A stretch of DNA of 62,308 nt, filler included, from Sphacelaria rigidula (lineage: Eukaryota), in the NCBI GenBank assembly GCA_964200075.2. It is 10 parts of 10 records of this genome, joined end to end, with 100 filler letters (N's around TTAATTAATTAA, not from the genome) between each part and the next. Parts side by side here need not be neighbours in the genome. Positions count along the whole stretch, not along the records: positions 37,449 to 43,589 come from CAXNAA020021974.1; positions 43,690 to 49,829 come from CAXNAA020021975.1; positions 49,930 to 56,069 come from CAXNAA020021976.1; 7 more parts are not named here. The stretch is one strand, 5' to 3'. How positions within the stretch are numbered: position 1 is the stretch's first letter; every line of letters begins with the position of its first letter. The notes beneath the pieces were generated by a model, which saw nothing but the letters and a program-made list of their open reading frames with translations, was not told the origin of the DNA and did no database searches. The translations under genes and the position numbers were made by a program. Below, one piece after another: positions 38,786-51,574 of this stretch.

Positions 38786-38996
38786 TGGAATGCGTGAGAG
38801 GACCGCATGCTTGGAGGACCGCATCATAGTTCAAAACACTTCAGGATCGACTTTTTAAAAAAACAATTGGGTCAGTCCCTGCAGGGACCACGCCCCTGAC
38901 CCCAACCCCAACACTAACCCTAACCCTAACCCTGACCATAGGGGTGTTTATATTCTGATGCGGTCCTCTAAGCACGCGGTCCTCTCACGCATTACA
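38786..38996. mobile_element. Second copy of the telomere-repeat MITE, in opposite orientation
   Basis: Same TIRs as 30146-30356 and the same 211-bp length. Interior ctaaccctaaccctaaccc. Confidence 0.88.
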
Positions 38997-39803
38997 CCGG
39001 GTGTAGTGAAAAGTACAAGTAGAGGTACCTTTGCTTGCTTGCTTATTTGCAGATACTTTCGCACATATATATATTTTTTTATATATTTTCTCCCGTGTGT
39101 TTTTGTATTCTGGAACAAGTTTTACCTCGCGATGCAACAACGGTTAAATGCTCCATGCCCAATGCCCAACACCCAACGCGCGCATTTTTTGCGAACATGA
39201 TGTTTCCAAGGGTGTAATGGGTGGAGTATTTTGCATGGTATGTGAGTATTTTGAAGAAACATTCTCTCAAGCTTGGGGAGAGTGTTGAAGTCCTACTCAA
39301 CAAAATCAGACAATGAGTGGAATATTAAAAACGTACCTCAAATTACGCAGTATTTGGGTAGAATTTGGAGATTGGATCATCGCAACACAACATACGGGAG
39401 AGAAAATACCCGGGTATCGACCCTACTCAACACACGCTCGGAAGGTTCGTTTCTGTTGCTATGGCGCGCCTGGCAGTAAATGCAAGCTGAACTTTTGTCG
39501 AGTGGGCGACCATTTGTGGGGGAAAATCCCGGGCTGGAGAAATGAAGTGAGGCGAACGCTCTATATTTCGGAACACTTTCGATGCATAAAGATGTAAATT
39601 TAAACGCTTGCATATCCCGTTTTATTTTTTTCATCTTCTGTTTTGTTCGTCCTTCGCCTTTGCTCAGGTTACTCCGTTTTATCCGTCCTTTTTTTTTTTT
39701 CCTGACTCGAGTTTCGTTCAGCGAGTTTTTTTCTGTTAGATTTACCTTGGGTACGTCTATCTCACGCATCCTGGATAATGACAATATATGATATTGACAA
39801 GAC

Positions 39804-39929
39804 GTGTAACGCGTGCAGTATCGAATCCATCGTCTATTGCACAATTGAGAAAAAAAGTGGTACCGTGTACAGAGTCGAATCTGTCGTCTATTGCAATAGA
39901 CCGTCGATTCGATACTGCACGCGGTACAC
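39804..39929. repeat. Small palindromic element with 24-bp inverted termini and an internal duplication
   Basis: gtgtaacgcgtgcagtatcgaatc / gattcgatactgcacgcggtacac. tcgtctattgca occurs twice inside. Confidence 0.75.
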
Positions 39930-40814
39930 CCTTTGCTAATGCAATCCATTTTGTCATTATCCGGGGTTTGTGTGTAGTGTTCGTTCTGTGGGATATGTGT
40001 GAATATGTTTTATCGAAAATATATCATGCCCTCTTTGTGAAAAACGGATGAGAGTTACTCCTAAATGGAGTGAATGACCGCGATTTTGAGCAGCTTCTAA
40101 TGAAAATCGATGAGATTGGAGTCATGTGTTGACGAGAAATTCTTCGTTTGACGGTTCGGACGAATCGTCGCTAGTTCGAATCACCAAATCCCTAATCCAC
40201 GACTTTTCAGGTCTGATTGTCCGAAAGAGGAAAAAAATGTTGACCGCTGGCGCAAGAGGTCTCCACGCATTTTTTGCACCATTCCACGTGCCCGGGCTGC
40301 GCGTACCTACCTGGGTTGCAAGGCTGAAAACAAAGCGTGGGGATTGATTCGTATGGTATACGGATCAATTACATTAAAATCAAGTAATTTACGGGCGAAT
40401 CATCAATTCGTTCGACCGTTGCTTCGTTCCCCCACTGCTGTTGATCGTAACGCCTCCTTAGGTCGAAGCCCCGATGCAGCGAGAAACCAGCACAAGATGA
40501 TGGGACGCCCTCCACGCCTGGTAAGAATGAAGAAAAAAAGGACTTGATGTTCTGAAAGAGACCAAGGATGTCTGCTTCTCACACAGTTCATATCAAGAAT
40601 CCATCAATCCCCTTCTGAATTATATTCAAGCATACAAGTCATTATCCAGTCAAAACCATTCGTTCTTGAGCATACCCGCATCACTGTTGTACTTGAAACC
40701 TCACTCGATTTTTTCCCCCTATGCGTTGAGCTACTTGCCTCCTCCATTTATGTTCTGTCCCCCCTTTTTTTGATATCCCATCGCCCGTCACCCCCCTCGT
40801 CTTTGACGTTCAAG

Positions 40815-41252
40815 GTTAAAGCCCGGCGGCCACCGCAGCTGGCGGCTGCTTCCTCTCTTGAGACCGCTGCAGCTGCGGGCTTTGCAGCTGCGAGCATGGC
40901 AGCGGCGGGCGTTGCGGCTGCGAGCATTGCAGCTACGAGTGTCCCAGCCGCGAGTGTCGTTAGTGGTGGTGTTCAGCCGCTGATTACTTGCAGTTCGAGT
41001 TGCACGGGTGGAGATTTATCGCCGGAACAACAGCTACTGCAGCAGCAGCAGCAGCAGCAACAACCACAGCAGCAGGAACAACAAACACTGGAACAAGAAC
41101 AGATGCCGCCTCATCCTCGAAAAAGGAAGAGACAGCCAAAGCAGCCGAAGACGCCCAAGAAGCAGTCCAGGGCGCCGAAGACCCCGAAGCTTTCCAAGCA
41201 CGCTCAGCAGGCGCAGTTACGCGCTCAGCAGGTGGCGCAGCAACAAAAAGAG
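40815..41252 (+). CDS. Exon of an Ala/Gln-rich protein with a basic NLS-like segment
   Basis: caag| and gag|gtgggg, 146 open codons. Contains polyQ and PRKRKRQPKQPKTPKK. Confidence 0.6.
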
Positions 41253-41334
41253 GTGGGGTCGCGAAACAATTTGTGGAGCGGAAGTGGGTGAGCAGGTAGA
41301 TGGTACGGGGATAGGGTGCAGTGGCGACGCATTT

Positions 41335-41420
41335 TTTTTTTTTTCTCGTCACACTTTGAACCGCTCCCCTCCCTCGGGGCGAGTCCGTGGTCTCAAGGGA
41401 TCATCTCATCTCTCCCCCGC
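41335..41420 (-). mobile_element. 3' fragment of the tRNA-SINE family
   Basis: A T-run followed by tttgaacc...gagtccgtggtctcaaggg...atctctcccc, as at 48650-48712. Confidence 0.7.
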
Positions 41421-43083
41421 TTCAAAAATGGGAAGGCAGCACCAACAGATCAGAGGCGTTATGCACATGCATTTTTACGGGTGCCCACGGAAAGTTTCTC
41501 CAGCAGGCATTCGTATCCGCGCAAACTGAAGATAGATCCACCTTACTGAATATAGCAGGACTGTGGACTTGATTTGGATCGATGGGTGAAGGGCACAGTA
41601 ACGGGTGCGTCATTGGATTGGAGAGGTGGGCAGCATGGCAGTTGTGAAGCTTTCTGGGGGTGAAGAAGTTATACCGGGTAGCGGTGCAGTAGGAGGACGG
41701 GAACGGTGGTTCATTGGAATGGCGTGAAAAAGGTACACTTCGAGAGTGTAGCCAGCCGCTTAGACCGTTGAAGCTTAACTCTTTTGGAACCCTCCCGTCC
41801 CGTCCCCGGTCCAGACGCGTTATTATTTTAAGCGCTGACAAAGAAGAGAAGATGAGAAAAAGGAGATACCGACAACAACCATTTTTACGGCGGAAGGCCA
41901 CAAAAGAATCCACCGACATACGTCATGGTCGCACCGGAAATGTCACCCGGGTGCGCTTGCAATAGTTTTATCGAATGAGGGGACGCAACGGGTCGAATAT
42001 GTTCGACTTTGTGCACACAGCAAAAACCAGCACCGCGGCCTCTGAATCCCAAACAACACAAATCTGCACCACCCGTGTATTTTCCATATATATATAGTCC
42101 CGTATGGCACACAATTACATTCATGCAGGTGACGCACCCCACCGGAGTATTGTTGTGCTGCAGTCCGGAGGTCGTACCCGCCCAATACTCGGCAAGCGTG
42201 CTAAGCCACATCACAGAAAGAACGTAGTATGGCCGAGCACACAGATATCCTCTCGCCACACGTGGAAGGGTCAAGGTGTGAAACAGTATTTACGCGATTC
42301 ATCGCCAGTTGGAAGCGGTCGCGGGTCTGAGAAACACGCCTTGGGCAAAATAGTGGTCCTTGGAAGCTGCAAACAATCAACCATATGTTGTTTGAAAAAA
42401 AACAGCACATCGAAATCAGCACTTTTCCATCACCAGTACCAAAAGGGTTTTACGGCACGACGGGGGAAATTGTTTTGTTCGTACTTCGCAAGCTTCGTGA
42501 CGATGAGAAAGGGTAATTGGACACTGTATGAGCTATACACTACCAAAGTGTAGGTAGCAGCAGCATGGGGAAAATGTGGGTGCCGAAAATGAGTTTGGCG
42601 AAACGGTTGAGTTGCATGGGGGCAAAGAGCATGGGAGCATGAGGAGGACGTATGGAATGAGAGAATGACTGGAAGGGTCGGATACAAGGAGTATGACGAA
42701 GAGGGTACAGTAGTGGGACGAGAAAGGGTACAGTACTGCAGCCGGGTCAAACGTGCAGGCAGGCACAGCGGGTGAAACTGTGTTCACAAGTGGCGAATCG
42801 ACCAAAATAGATGATCGGTACTTGAACCAAAAGTTGTTGGCTTGGAAAGGGAATGTAAGTGTTCGTGAATGCCAAGCACACACGAACAAGACACTCGCGC
42901 GCGCGCCATCACCCGATGTATAGCAGCATTTGCTCAGCAGTGGTTTGTTTGCCACTCCGCCGCGTATTTCATTCGTTTCGCATCGTTGACATGTGCCGTT
43001 CGCTGGCCTTCTCTTCGCTTCATGCTGTCCATTTACGTCCGTCCGTTCGCTCCCTTGCCCGCTGGTCGGTGGTTTCTCACAAG

Positions 43084-43236
43084 GTGGAAGCTCAGCAAGC
43101 AGAACTAGCCAAGCTCCAGGCCGATCTGCAGGCAGAGCTGCAGGAGAATGAGATGCAGCAGCAACAGGTACAGCAGGCGCAAGCGGCGATGCTCATGAAT
43201 TCCGCACATGTAGCGCATGCAGCGCCACTCGTCCCG
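43084..43236 (+). CDS. Next exon of the Gln-rich protein (may extend to about 43335)
   Basis: caag| acceptor, phase 0. Coiled-coil-like VEAQQAELAKLQADLQAELQENEMQQQQ. Candidate donor ccg|gtgagc. Confidence 0.55.
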
Positions 43237-43420
43237 GTGAGCGAGGCCTTTCCGCTCACTCACGGCCAGCGTCTGCAGAAGATGCAGCGGTCTCTGCAGC
43301 TCGCTCCAAAGCAGAAGCAGCAGCAGAGGTTGCAGGCGAGCGAAATGCCCTCTCCAAGTCTGCATCCCGTCTTGTTCTATCGAGACGCTTGCACGCAATT
43401 GGTATGCCCCCCCCCCCCCC

Positions 43421-43517
43421 ATGCCTGGTCCGGTGATAACCCCGCGCGCTCCGTCCCGGCTTCGTAGGGATGCGAGGTCAATGATCTGATGACTATGGCA
43501 TGCATGATCATGAGTAC
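43421..43517 (+). mobile_element. Truncated retroposon 3' tail between two C-tracts
   Basis: gcctggtccgg...gctccgtcccggcttcgtagggat...ggtcaatg...catgagtac, with C14 before and a C-rich tract after. Confidence 0.75.
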
Positions 43518-43905
43518 CCCCGCCCCCCCCACCCACCCCCCCCCCCCGGCGGGGTCGCGCCGCCACGTTCTAACCCCCACACCCACCCANNNNNNNNNNN
43601 NNNNNNNNNNNNNNNNNNNNNNNNNNNNNNNNNTTAATTAATTAANNNNNNNNNNNNNNNNNNNNNNNNNNNNNNNNNNNNNNNNNNNNAGAAAAGTCCT
43701 CAACAAAAAAGATCAACACCTTCTACCAAATAAAAAAAGTCAAAAACTTTGAAAAAGAAGAAGAAAAAAAAAAAAAAAAACAGGTTCGTCTGCCAGATTA
43801 TTTTGGAACAAGTACCCTGGTACACGCAGGTAAACTGGCACTTGCAAATATCGACTCTAGCTTCTTGTTAGGAGGAAACACACACACAAAACGACCAAGA
43901 TTCAC

Positions 43906-44133
43906 CTTGTTCAGGGCAATCACGAACGGCGTGCGCTTGGAACGCAAGAGGTTGAGGCTCTCGATGGTCTGCGGCTCCAGACCGTGCATAAGGTCCACCA
44001 CCAGAATGGCGATGTCGCACAGGGAGCTACCCCGCGACCGCAGGTTGGTGAAGGACTCGTGGCCGGGCGTATCGATGACCAGCATACCAGGTAGCTTCAC
44101 GTCCACCTTCATGGTCTCGTTCAGCTCGGCCAC
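43906..44133 (-). CDS. eIF5B: eIF5B exon (G3 to G4)
   Basis: [50 protein letters not shown]...FVIALNK. cag| and aag|gtgaat, 76 codons. Confidence 0.96.
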
Positions 44134-44983
44134 CTGCACACGGGGCACGCATTGGCATGTACACCAAAATAGCGTATGTACATGTGTGTGTTGCAACACG
44201 GCCCTGTAGGATGATCACGATACTCGGAAATCACAATGCGAGACAGGAAGGGCCAGGCGTTCAAGATAGGCAGTGTACTCGTGTCTAAATTTACACGTAT
44301 AAGCACTGACTTTTTACTTTCACGAATCCTGCACGTTAGGACGTATTAAAATCAACTGCGACGTGAGAAAAAAACGACTGCGTGCGCGCCGTGCAGACTT
44401 GTTCCTTCGACATTTCTTTCCAGCATTTCTCTTTTCAAGCCTTCATATTGATTCACCATTGCAAAGCCCTGTACTTGAACACCTCATCTTCAAATTGCAC
44501 GTTGTTGAAGACAGCTATCTCCCCCCCCAGATATTTGTATTGAGCAATAGTAAAAAATCGCATTCCGGTTTTGTACGGTTTGACGATAGTACATACATAC
44601 CGCCAGATCGGCATAATCAACTCATCGCGAAAAATGTCGGCGGTTGCGCCTTGAAGTCTTAAGAAGCAAGGCCACGAGCCCGATCTCACTTCTATTGTAT
44701 CACGACTTATTCATACGTCGTACTTGAGAATTAAAAAAAAAAAAAACTCGTGTGTTGGCCTTCCCCCTATTGCGACCACGGCTGATGGAATGGTGTAGAC
44801 TGGCGTCCAGAATGGATGGGATGACAACACACACATTCCAGAGTACCTTACAGCCGGTGGAGACAAGCTGGCGATGATATTACCGGTAAGATCTCCATCG
44901 ACCCATCAACCCGGAACAAAATGGCGTTTCCGCGCGCGTTCCTCTCAACTCCACGTGCATTGTACGTTCACGTTCTTTTGCAC

Positions 44984-45099
44984 CTTCTCACAAAGCGTTT
45001 CCTTTGCGAAAAACGTAGCTCCGATCTGCTGGGTGATCCCGCCTGCCTCTCCCTCCTGGACGGACGTCTGCCTAATCTTGTCCAGCAGTTTCGTCTTAC
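44984..45099 (-). CDS. eIF5B: eIF5B exon (end of P-loop, G2)
   Basis: [31 protein letters not shown]. Phases fit both neighbouring exons. Confidence 0.95.
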
Positions 45100-46682
45100 C
45101 TGTCAAAAGCACCGCAACATCGCCGGTGAACGACGACACGAACATCACGACAACACCATCAGAGTACCCTACAATACGGAGGATAACACCCCCGAGATAC
45201 AAGCTTCAGTCTCGATTTCCCCCGAAGACTACGGTGCTTTAGCGATGACGCCGATAACTGCGTCGTTGATAAGGATCCATTGAAATTTGTTCATAAGCCT
45301 TGGCTCATCTGACAGCACAACGGTTCTTCTCTTCTCCGACGAGTGATCGAGCTTTAGATAGAGACAAGCATGGGACGAAACGGTACGTTATCCTCCATAG
45401 CTGGGGTCACAATCTTGATCCTTTGACCGTCCGAGGTTTCAATTTGTGATAACGGTACGACTTTCAGTCCTTATTCAAGTAAAAAAACATTTCAGTTCTT
45501 CTTTCCTTCAGGGAGTGTTTCACTTTTGTTTTTCTCGGGTACGTCCATTATGCGACCACGGCTGGACCCTGGGGGGTCAAAGTGCGACAATCAATCAAAT
45601 CAATCAGTCAGTTGTGTGGCAAATGAACAGCTCCGCCCGTCAAAGGGTTGAAAGGGCCATGCGGGGTAAGTATGACCAATGACACAGACAGGAAACTCCA
45701 CTAAAAATAAACAACGTCATTAACTACCATGACCTTCTCGGGAAAAGTAGAAAGCCAACAGGGGGCGAGAGACCCGAGCACCTAATGGGTGCTGCACACT
45801 AGCATCGCAAACAAACCAGACGGGCAGAACTTTGTTTGGCTGTGCATACATGCATACGGTCTTGAGCATCCCATGACATCATGGACTTGATGATCATGGA
45901 GCTCCAAGGCACACATCCAACACACGAAGCATGACTACAGCTATTTCACAATCTACATTTTGATATTTTTTCCATAATTTCGATTGACCTGATTGTCGCA
46001 CTTCAACTGATCGCCCACGAGTCATGATCCAGCCGTGGTCATTATCCACATGATGGACGTACCCGACACAGAAAAGAAAACTGAAATATTCGTTGAAAAA
46101 AAATAAGAAAAAACTATAACGAAGTCGACCTTGTAATAGCATTTCCGTTTTTCGCAGCAGATCGTCGGGCCACGTCGATCGGAACTTCGTGCGCAACACT
46201 AGTAGGCTGGGTTGTCCAAGCTCGGGCCATTTTGTCCATGGTTCGACACATGTTTGAAATAATGGTAACCCTAGCCCTAATGATAACCCAAGGCATACCG
46301 AGAACCCTCAGGGAAAGGGGGTGCAAAGGGTACACTACGGAAAATTTGCTTAGCAGCCCCCCTCCCTGTGAAGCCGATATAGGCACAGCGTCTCGAACCG
46401 GTATTACACAACTGTCGGGTACCGGTATGAGAGGTCATACAGACCTTACAAAACTATCGGGTACGGGTACTACTCGGGGTAAATACCCTCTGTATAGAAA
46501 AAGTGTACCCTACAGAACACGATCTCGTATCTACACAGGTATTGCAGACACATGCTGGTTTACACGGCTAAGGCTGAAGCTATTCCTAACGTACAGAGCA
46601 GGTTCCCTCAACGCACACCTCCTCATGTGTGATCTACGCCACAAGGCTCCACTACGCAACGTGCATTCGGGCGTGACTTTAC

Positions 46683-46791
46683 CTGTATCGACGTGTCCCA
46701 TGATGCACACAATGGGAGAGCGGAGGGAATCGGCAGTTCGTGAAGCACGCGCGGCATCCTCTCGAGCTAATCGCTGCCGTCGTGCTTCCTC
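46683..46791 (-). CDS. eIF5B: eIF5B exon (start of G domain)
   Basis: EEARRQRLARE...LRSPIVCIMGHVDT-G. cag| and cag|gtaaag. Confidence 0.93.
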
Positions 46792-48409
46792 CTGACTCCA
46801 CCAGTAGTCCAAGACGAAACGAAACGGCATGGATTGCATCATTCAACGACAAGTGCTTATGCAATGGTCGTAAGAATGGCTGACAGGGCGTTCTCTCGAA
46901 TGTATTGCTTTGAACTCAAGCTGGCCCTAACCCCAACGCATATCAAAGTATATGAGAACCTTTGTGCAAGGGGGGTGCAAAGGTTGCTGCAGGCAAAGTG
47001 CGTATTGGTGAATCTCAAATCAGCACCTGCAGCGCCGACTAGGATAAAACTAAGTTTTGGGAAAGCTAGGAGCACTTAAAAATGTCAGCGACTCTCAAGA
47101 TCCGAATATCAGTGTTCACTTTATAATAGAGTAATCAACAATTCCTGCCACCATCGAGCAGGCTCTACTGGATCCAACTTCTCAAGGGAATAGCAGGAGG
47201 GGGGGAAACAGGGGCACACACGCAAGGTGGATTGCGTGGACAAGTACATATCCAATCGCGTCATTCTTGCGTTTCCGTTATGAACGAGGTGGCTTTTATA
47301 AAGAAGCTCTGCTTCGGACCGCGAACATGTACTGATAAAAACGTCTGTGACAATTCAAAGTAATCTTCGAATTCACAAATACAAAACACGGCGAAATCTT
47401 CATGCTCCCGAATTGAAAAAAAAAAGTGCAGGAGTCGACGGTATCAGTGCATCAACGCCCGGAACAGAGAATTCCGTAACAGCTACATGCGACGAAATAG
47501 AAGCATGACGAATAAAAATATATGTCGGCGGAAACACGCGAACAGTTTACTGCGTTAATTCGTGGATACCACCCTCCCTCTCCCATTTCTCGAGTTTCTT
47601 GAACCTAAACCTTACACACGTCGGACAGCTCTTGAGCTACCTGGATATTACTTCTTACTAGAGTACTGATCAGATCATGACCTAGCTCATTTGTTCACTA
47701 TTTCCGTATTAGCTCCCAAGAGCGATGGGCGCCGAGCACGCGGTGTGGCGGGAAGGTAACCCTTGGGCTTTTCGGACGCTATTGTCACGTATTTTGGGTT
47801 TTTGTACAAGGGATCTGAGAGTTATCTTCGATTAGTTGTTTCTGGTAGCTCCTGACGTGTCCCACGTGTGAAATATTACCTCAACCCAGCCGCCTTGAGT
47901 ACGTCAATCTCGTGACCATACTTCAACTCGAAGCGCATCAGCTCATGCGCGACAATCAGCTACTCGATTTTTTTTGTCACCGTCTCAATACAGCGGATTG
48001 ACTCTCTTCCACAACGCTCCATGCCCATTTTCTGTTGCATCAGTCCATCGCGCACAACACACCTACTACGAAAAATATTCGAGTGATCACTTACACTCGC
48101 ATACAACAGTGGATTCGACCACTATTGTAGGGGAGCGATTGCAGTGAGTCGTACAACAAGAGCATATCTTCAAGTATGTCACACCATTACCACATCTCAC
48201 CCAGAGCGCAGCAGTGCGTGACAGAAAAGGTGAAGCATACGAAAGGGTACACACCCTGGGCAACACATTACTCTGTCCAAAAGTGTACCGCGTACATTAT
48301 CGACTACTGGGTCTTTTGAAATAGAGAATATATTTCACACTGTACGCAATACACTTCTTGACAATGTCGAAGCTTGTCCAGGGTGTGAAAGGATACAGCA
48401 GTGCGTTAC

Positions 48410-48467
48410 CTTCTTCATCTCCGCCTGGAGGATTTCCCGCTGCCGCTCCGCCTCCTCGGCACGATGC
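48410..48467 (-). CDS. eIF5B: Probable eIF5B charged N-terminal exon
   Basis: HRAEEAERQREILQAEMKK. cag| and aag|gtaacg, with a phase 0 end matching the next exon. Confidence 0.7.
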
Positions 48468-48629
48468 CTGATACACATCGTACGAATCACGGAAAACACA
48501 TCACAAGAAAATGAAAACAGGTTGAAAACGGAAAAGAGCATTGCACGACGTCCGTGCGTGGGCTTCGCAAGCCCACATCGCCACATCAAGGGAAGAAAAT
48601 ATGAACCATCACTACGTTTTTGTTCACAT

Positions 48630-48940
48630 GTTTTTTCTTTCCCTCATACTTTGAACCCTTCCCCTTCCTTGGGATGAGTCCGTGGTCTCAAGGGGTCAAC
48701 CCATCTCTCCCCCGGTACGTGCCTTTCATTTTGGTTTCGCGGATTGGATCATGACCATCACTACCGCACCGCGTCAACTCAAGTCACACAAACCCAGTCG
48801 ACTACTTTGTTTACTCACGTTCTCACGCTTTCCACGGTGGAAATCATACATTACGAAGGAAAAACCCCACGCATTGGGAATCGAACCCCCGTTCTCTCCA
48901 CCCTAATGGCGACAGTCGGGCGATTACACCACCGGGGCGC
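48630..48940 (-). mobile_element. Apparently full-length tRNA-derived SINE
   Basis: Minus-strand head gcgccccggTGGTGTAATCG (A box)...GGTTCGATTCC (B box). Body shared with 30845-31107 and an A-rich tail. Confidence 0.8.
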
Positions 48941-49929
48941 GGCGGCACAATGTGTGTGTAGATAATGATACCCTGAGTATTACAAGCGTCTATCTTATCC
49001 AAACACTCGGTCGACTTTGTTCACAGCATCACTGATAACTGCAGTCATGACTTGACGTGGCCTTTCAAGGCCCGGATGAAAAACATTACACTCGTCTGAA
49101 AATTGCTTGCCTCCAGTGTAATTGATTCGTAACATGGGGCTGGCTCTGTTTTCAGCGTTGCACCCCAGGTATGCGCACCACAGGCAAGTGGAATAGCGCA
49201 AAATGTGCATCGAGCTTCTTCACCCGCCGTCAACTTTTCCGCCCCTCTTTCGGGCAATCAGATCTCAAAATCGTAGATTTGGTGATTCCAAGCAGCGATG
49301 ATTCGTCCGACTTCTCTAACGTTGCATCCCCATTGTCAGCACTTATTCGCTTACTTGAAATGCATCAAGATGTGCCCTTCCAAAACCCACTGCGGACTCT
49401 CTATGACCTTCGGTTTCACCCCAATTTTCCCCGGGAGCTAACCCCTCCCCTAAGATGCGTTTCAGGCGAAGGGTTGACGTTTCGGACAACATAGCCCCTT
49501 CCGATGGACCCTGGGTCAACTCGGCACAACAAGAAGTACATACGAAAGACAAGTACTTAGACTATTCAAGACAGTATGGTACAATATATTACGCGGTATG
49601 AAGGTATCACGGAATGTATAGTAGTACTAGTAGCAGCAGCAGCAGCAGCAGGAGCAGTAATCTAGTATTACAGTAAATGGTCTTTGAGGATACTTGCTGC
49701 TTGAAAATATCAAATGAATGGTTCCTCATCTTTAGGCCGGATGTTATGGCATACGGATTTTCGGCCCACGGATTGTTCACTTTTGGGACGTTTGACCCAC
49801 CTTCTGACCCCCAAACAGGGAAAACCGCCNNNNNNNNNNNNNNNNNNNNNNNNNNNNNNNNNNNNNNNNNNNNTTAATTAATTAANNNNNNNNNNNNNNN
49901 NNNNNNNNNNNNNNNNNNNNNNNNNNNNN

Positions 49930-51035
49930 GGCATGCAACATGATTAGTACGCCCGCCTGCTCCTCCACTCTCCACTGGGGAAGCCACTAGCTCCGAGTCC
50001 CGAATCTCTCATCCGGTCTCGCTCCACCTGGGGATGAAGGTCTGTCACGCTCTGGGAATGGAGATCTGCCACACTCTGACCCTGATGCACTCAGAGACGG
50101 ATTTCAGAGAGACCTCTGCTCGACTGTTTCGACGTCAATTCGTCCCTCTGGCGATTAACACATACACTTGTATGTGTTGATCGCCAGAGGGACGAATGGA
50201 CGTCGAAAGAGTCGGGAGAAGTTCTCTATGGGATCCGTCTTCGAGGTTGTGTGTGTGTTGATCGCCAGAGGGACGAATTGACGTTGAAACAGTCGGGGGG
50301 AAGGTCTGTGGGATCCGTCTTTGAGGTTGAGCTTTGATGGCATCAGGGTCAGAGCGTGGCAGACCTTCATCCCCAGGTGGAGTGAGACCAGACGAGAGAT
50401 TTGGTACTCGGAGCTGGTGGCTTCCCCAGAGGGGAGGAGTTGAAACTGTTGTAGGCTCGGGCTTGAACCATGGAGACTCATGGCACTGTCCATCTACGAA
50501 GGTACTGGGTCGAGGTCAATGGGAGCCTGGTCCGGCGAAAACCCGGCGTGCTCCGTCTCGGCTTTGTAGGGATTTGATATTGATGGTCTCATGAAAACAG
50601 CATGCAACATGATTAGTACGCCCGCCTGCACCTCCACCCTCCACTGGGGAAGCCACCAGCTCCGAGTCCCGAATCATCCGGTCTCGCTCTCTGCCACGCT
50701 TTGACCCCGGTGCCCTCAAGGATGGAGGCCAGAGAGACCTCCGCTCGACTGTTTCGACGTCAATTCGTCCCTCTGGCGATCAAGACATACACGTGTATGT
50801 CTTGATCGCCAGAGGGACGAATCGACGTGGAAGCAGTCGAGGGGAGGTCTTTGTGAGATTTGCTTTGAGTGCATCAGGGTCAGAGCGTGGCAGACCTTCA
50901 TCTCTAGGTGGAGCGAGACCGGCCGAGAGATTTGGTACTCAGAGCTGGTAGCTTCCCCGGAGGAGAGGAGTTGAAACTGTTGAAAAGTCAGGCTTGAACC
51001 ATGGAGACTCATGGCACTGTGCATCTATGAAGGTG
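49930..51035 (+). repeat. Tandem hairpin-plus-tail element, subfamily B (about 2 rearranged monomers)
   Basis: gcatgcaacatgattagtacgcccgcc at about 49931 and 50599. Near-perfect palindromes centred near 50168 and 50791. Confidence 0.85.
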
Positions 51036-51574
51036 CTACAGTACTGGGTGCCCAATCTTTTCAGTGTGCAATTTATTTGTGATAGGCGACATTCTGAGGC
51101 GTTTCCGCTTGCCACCGCTCATCACATCAGGGATCGGAGAAAAGTTGTATCCGCTCCACATTCACCGAAAAAAAACACCTAGTGTATGATATTGGATGAC
51201 TTATGGGCTGACTGATCACCCTGCGTTCTGACACGTTCCAACCCAGATTCTGAGTCTTCGGTGTTTCCGGTCGATCGCGCCTGTCTCGATGTTATCCGTG
51301 AAGAAATGTACTTTTTTTTTTATTTCACCTACTCATTGGGCTACACCCGAAAATCTGTGTTTCACGGTCTATGACACCCTTGTGGTATATGAGGTATCTA
51401 CTCGTATCGCCAGACACATTCAACTTAGATTCACTTGGGCACTGGAGGGGGGGAGACGATACGTCCATTTCACCAAATTAACCGACGCTAGCACCTTCGA
51501 CTTGTATCGAACGGTACTCGCGATAACAACTCTTATGAACGGAAGATAGTTCAGGCGCCCACTACTGAAGGTCG

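Noticed and set aside
38900..38940. True telomere (CCCTAA)n
   Set aside because: Only about three units, internal to a TIR element.
48860..48940. tRNA genes here and at 59195-59265
   Set aside because: A and B boxes are present but there is no proper cloverleaf. The first is attached to a multi-copy body, so these are SINE heads.
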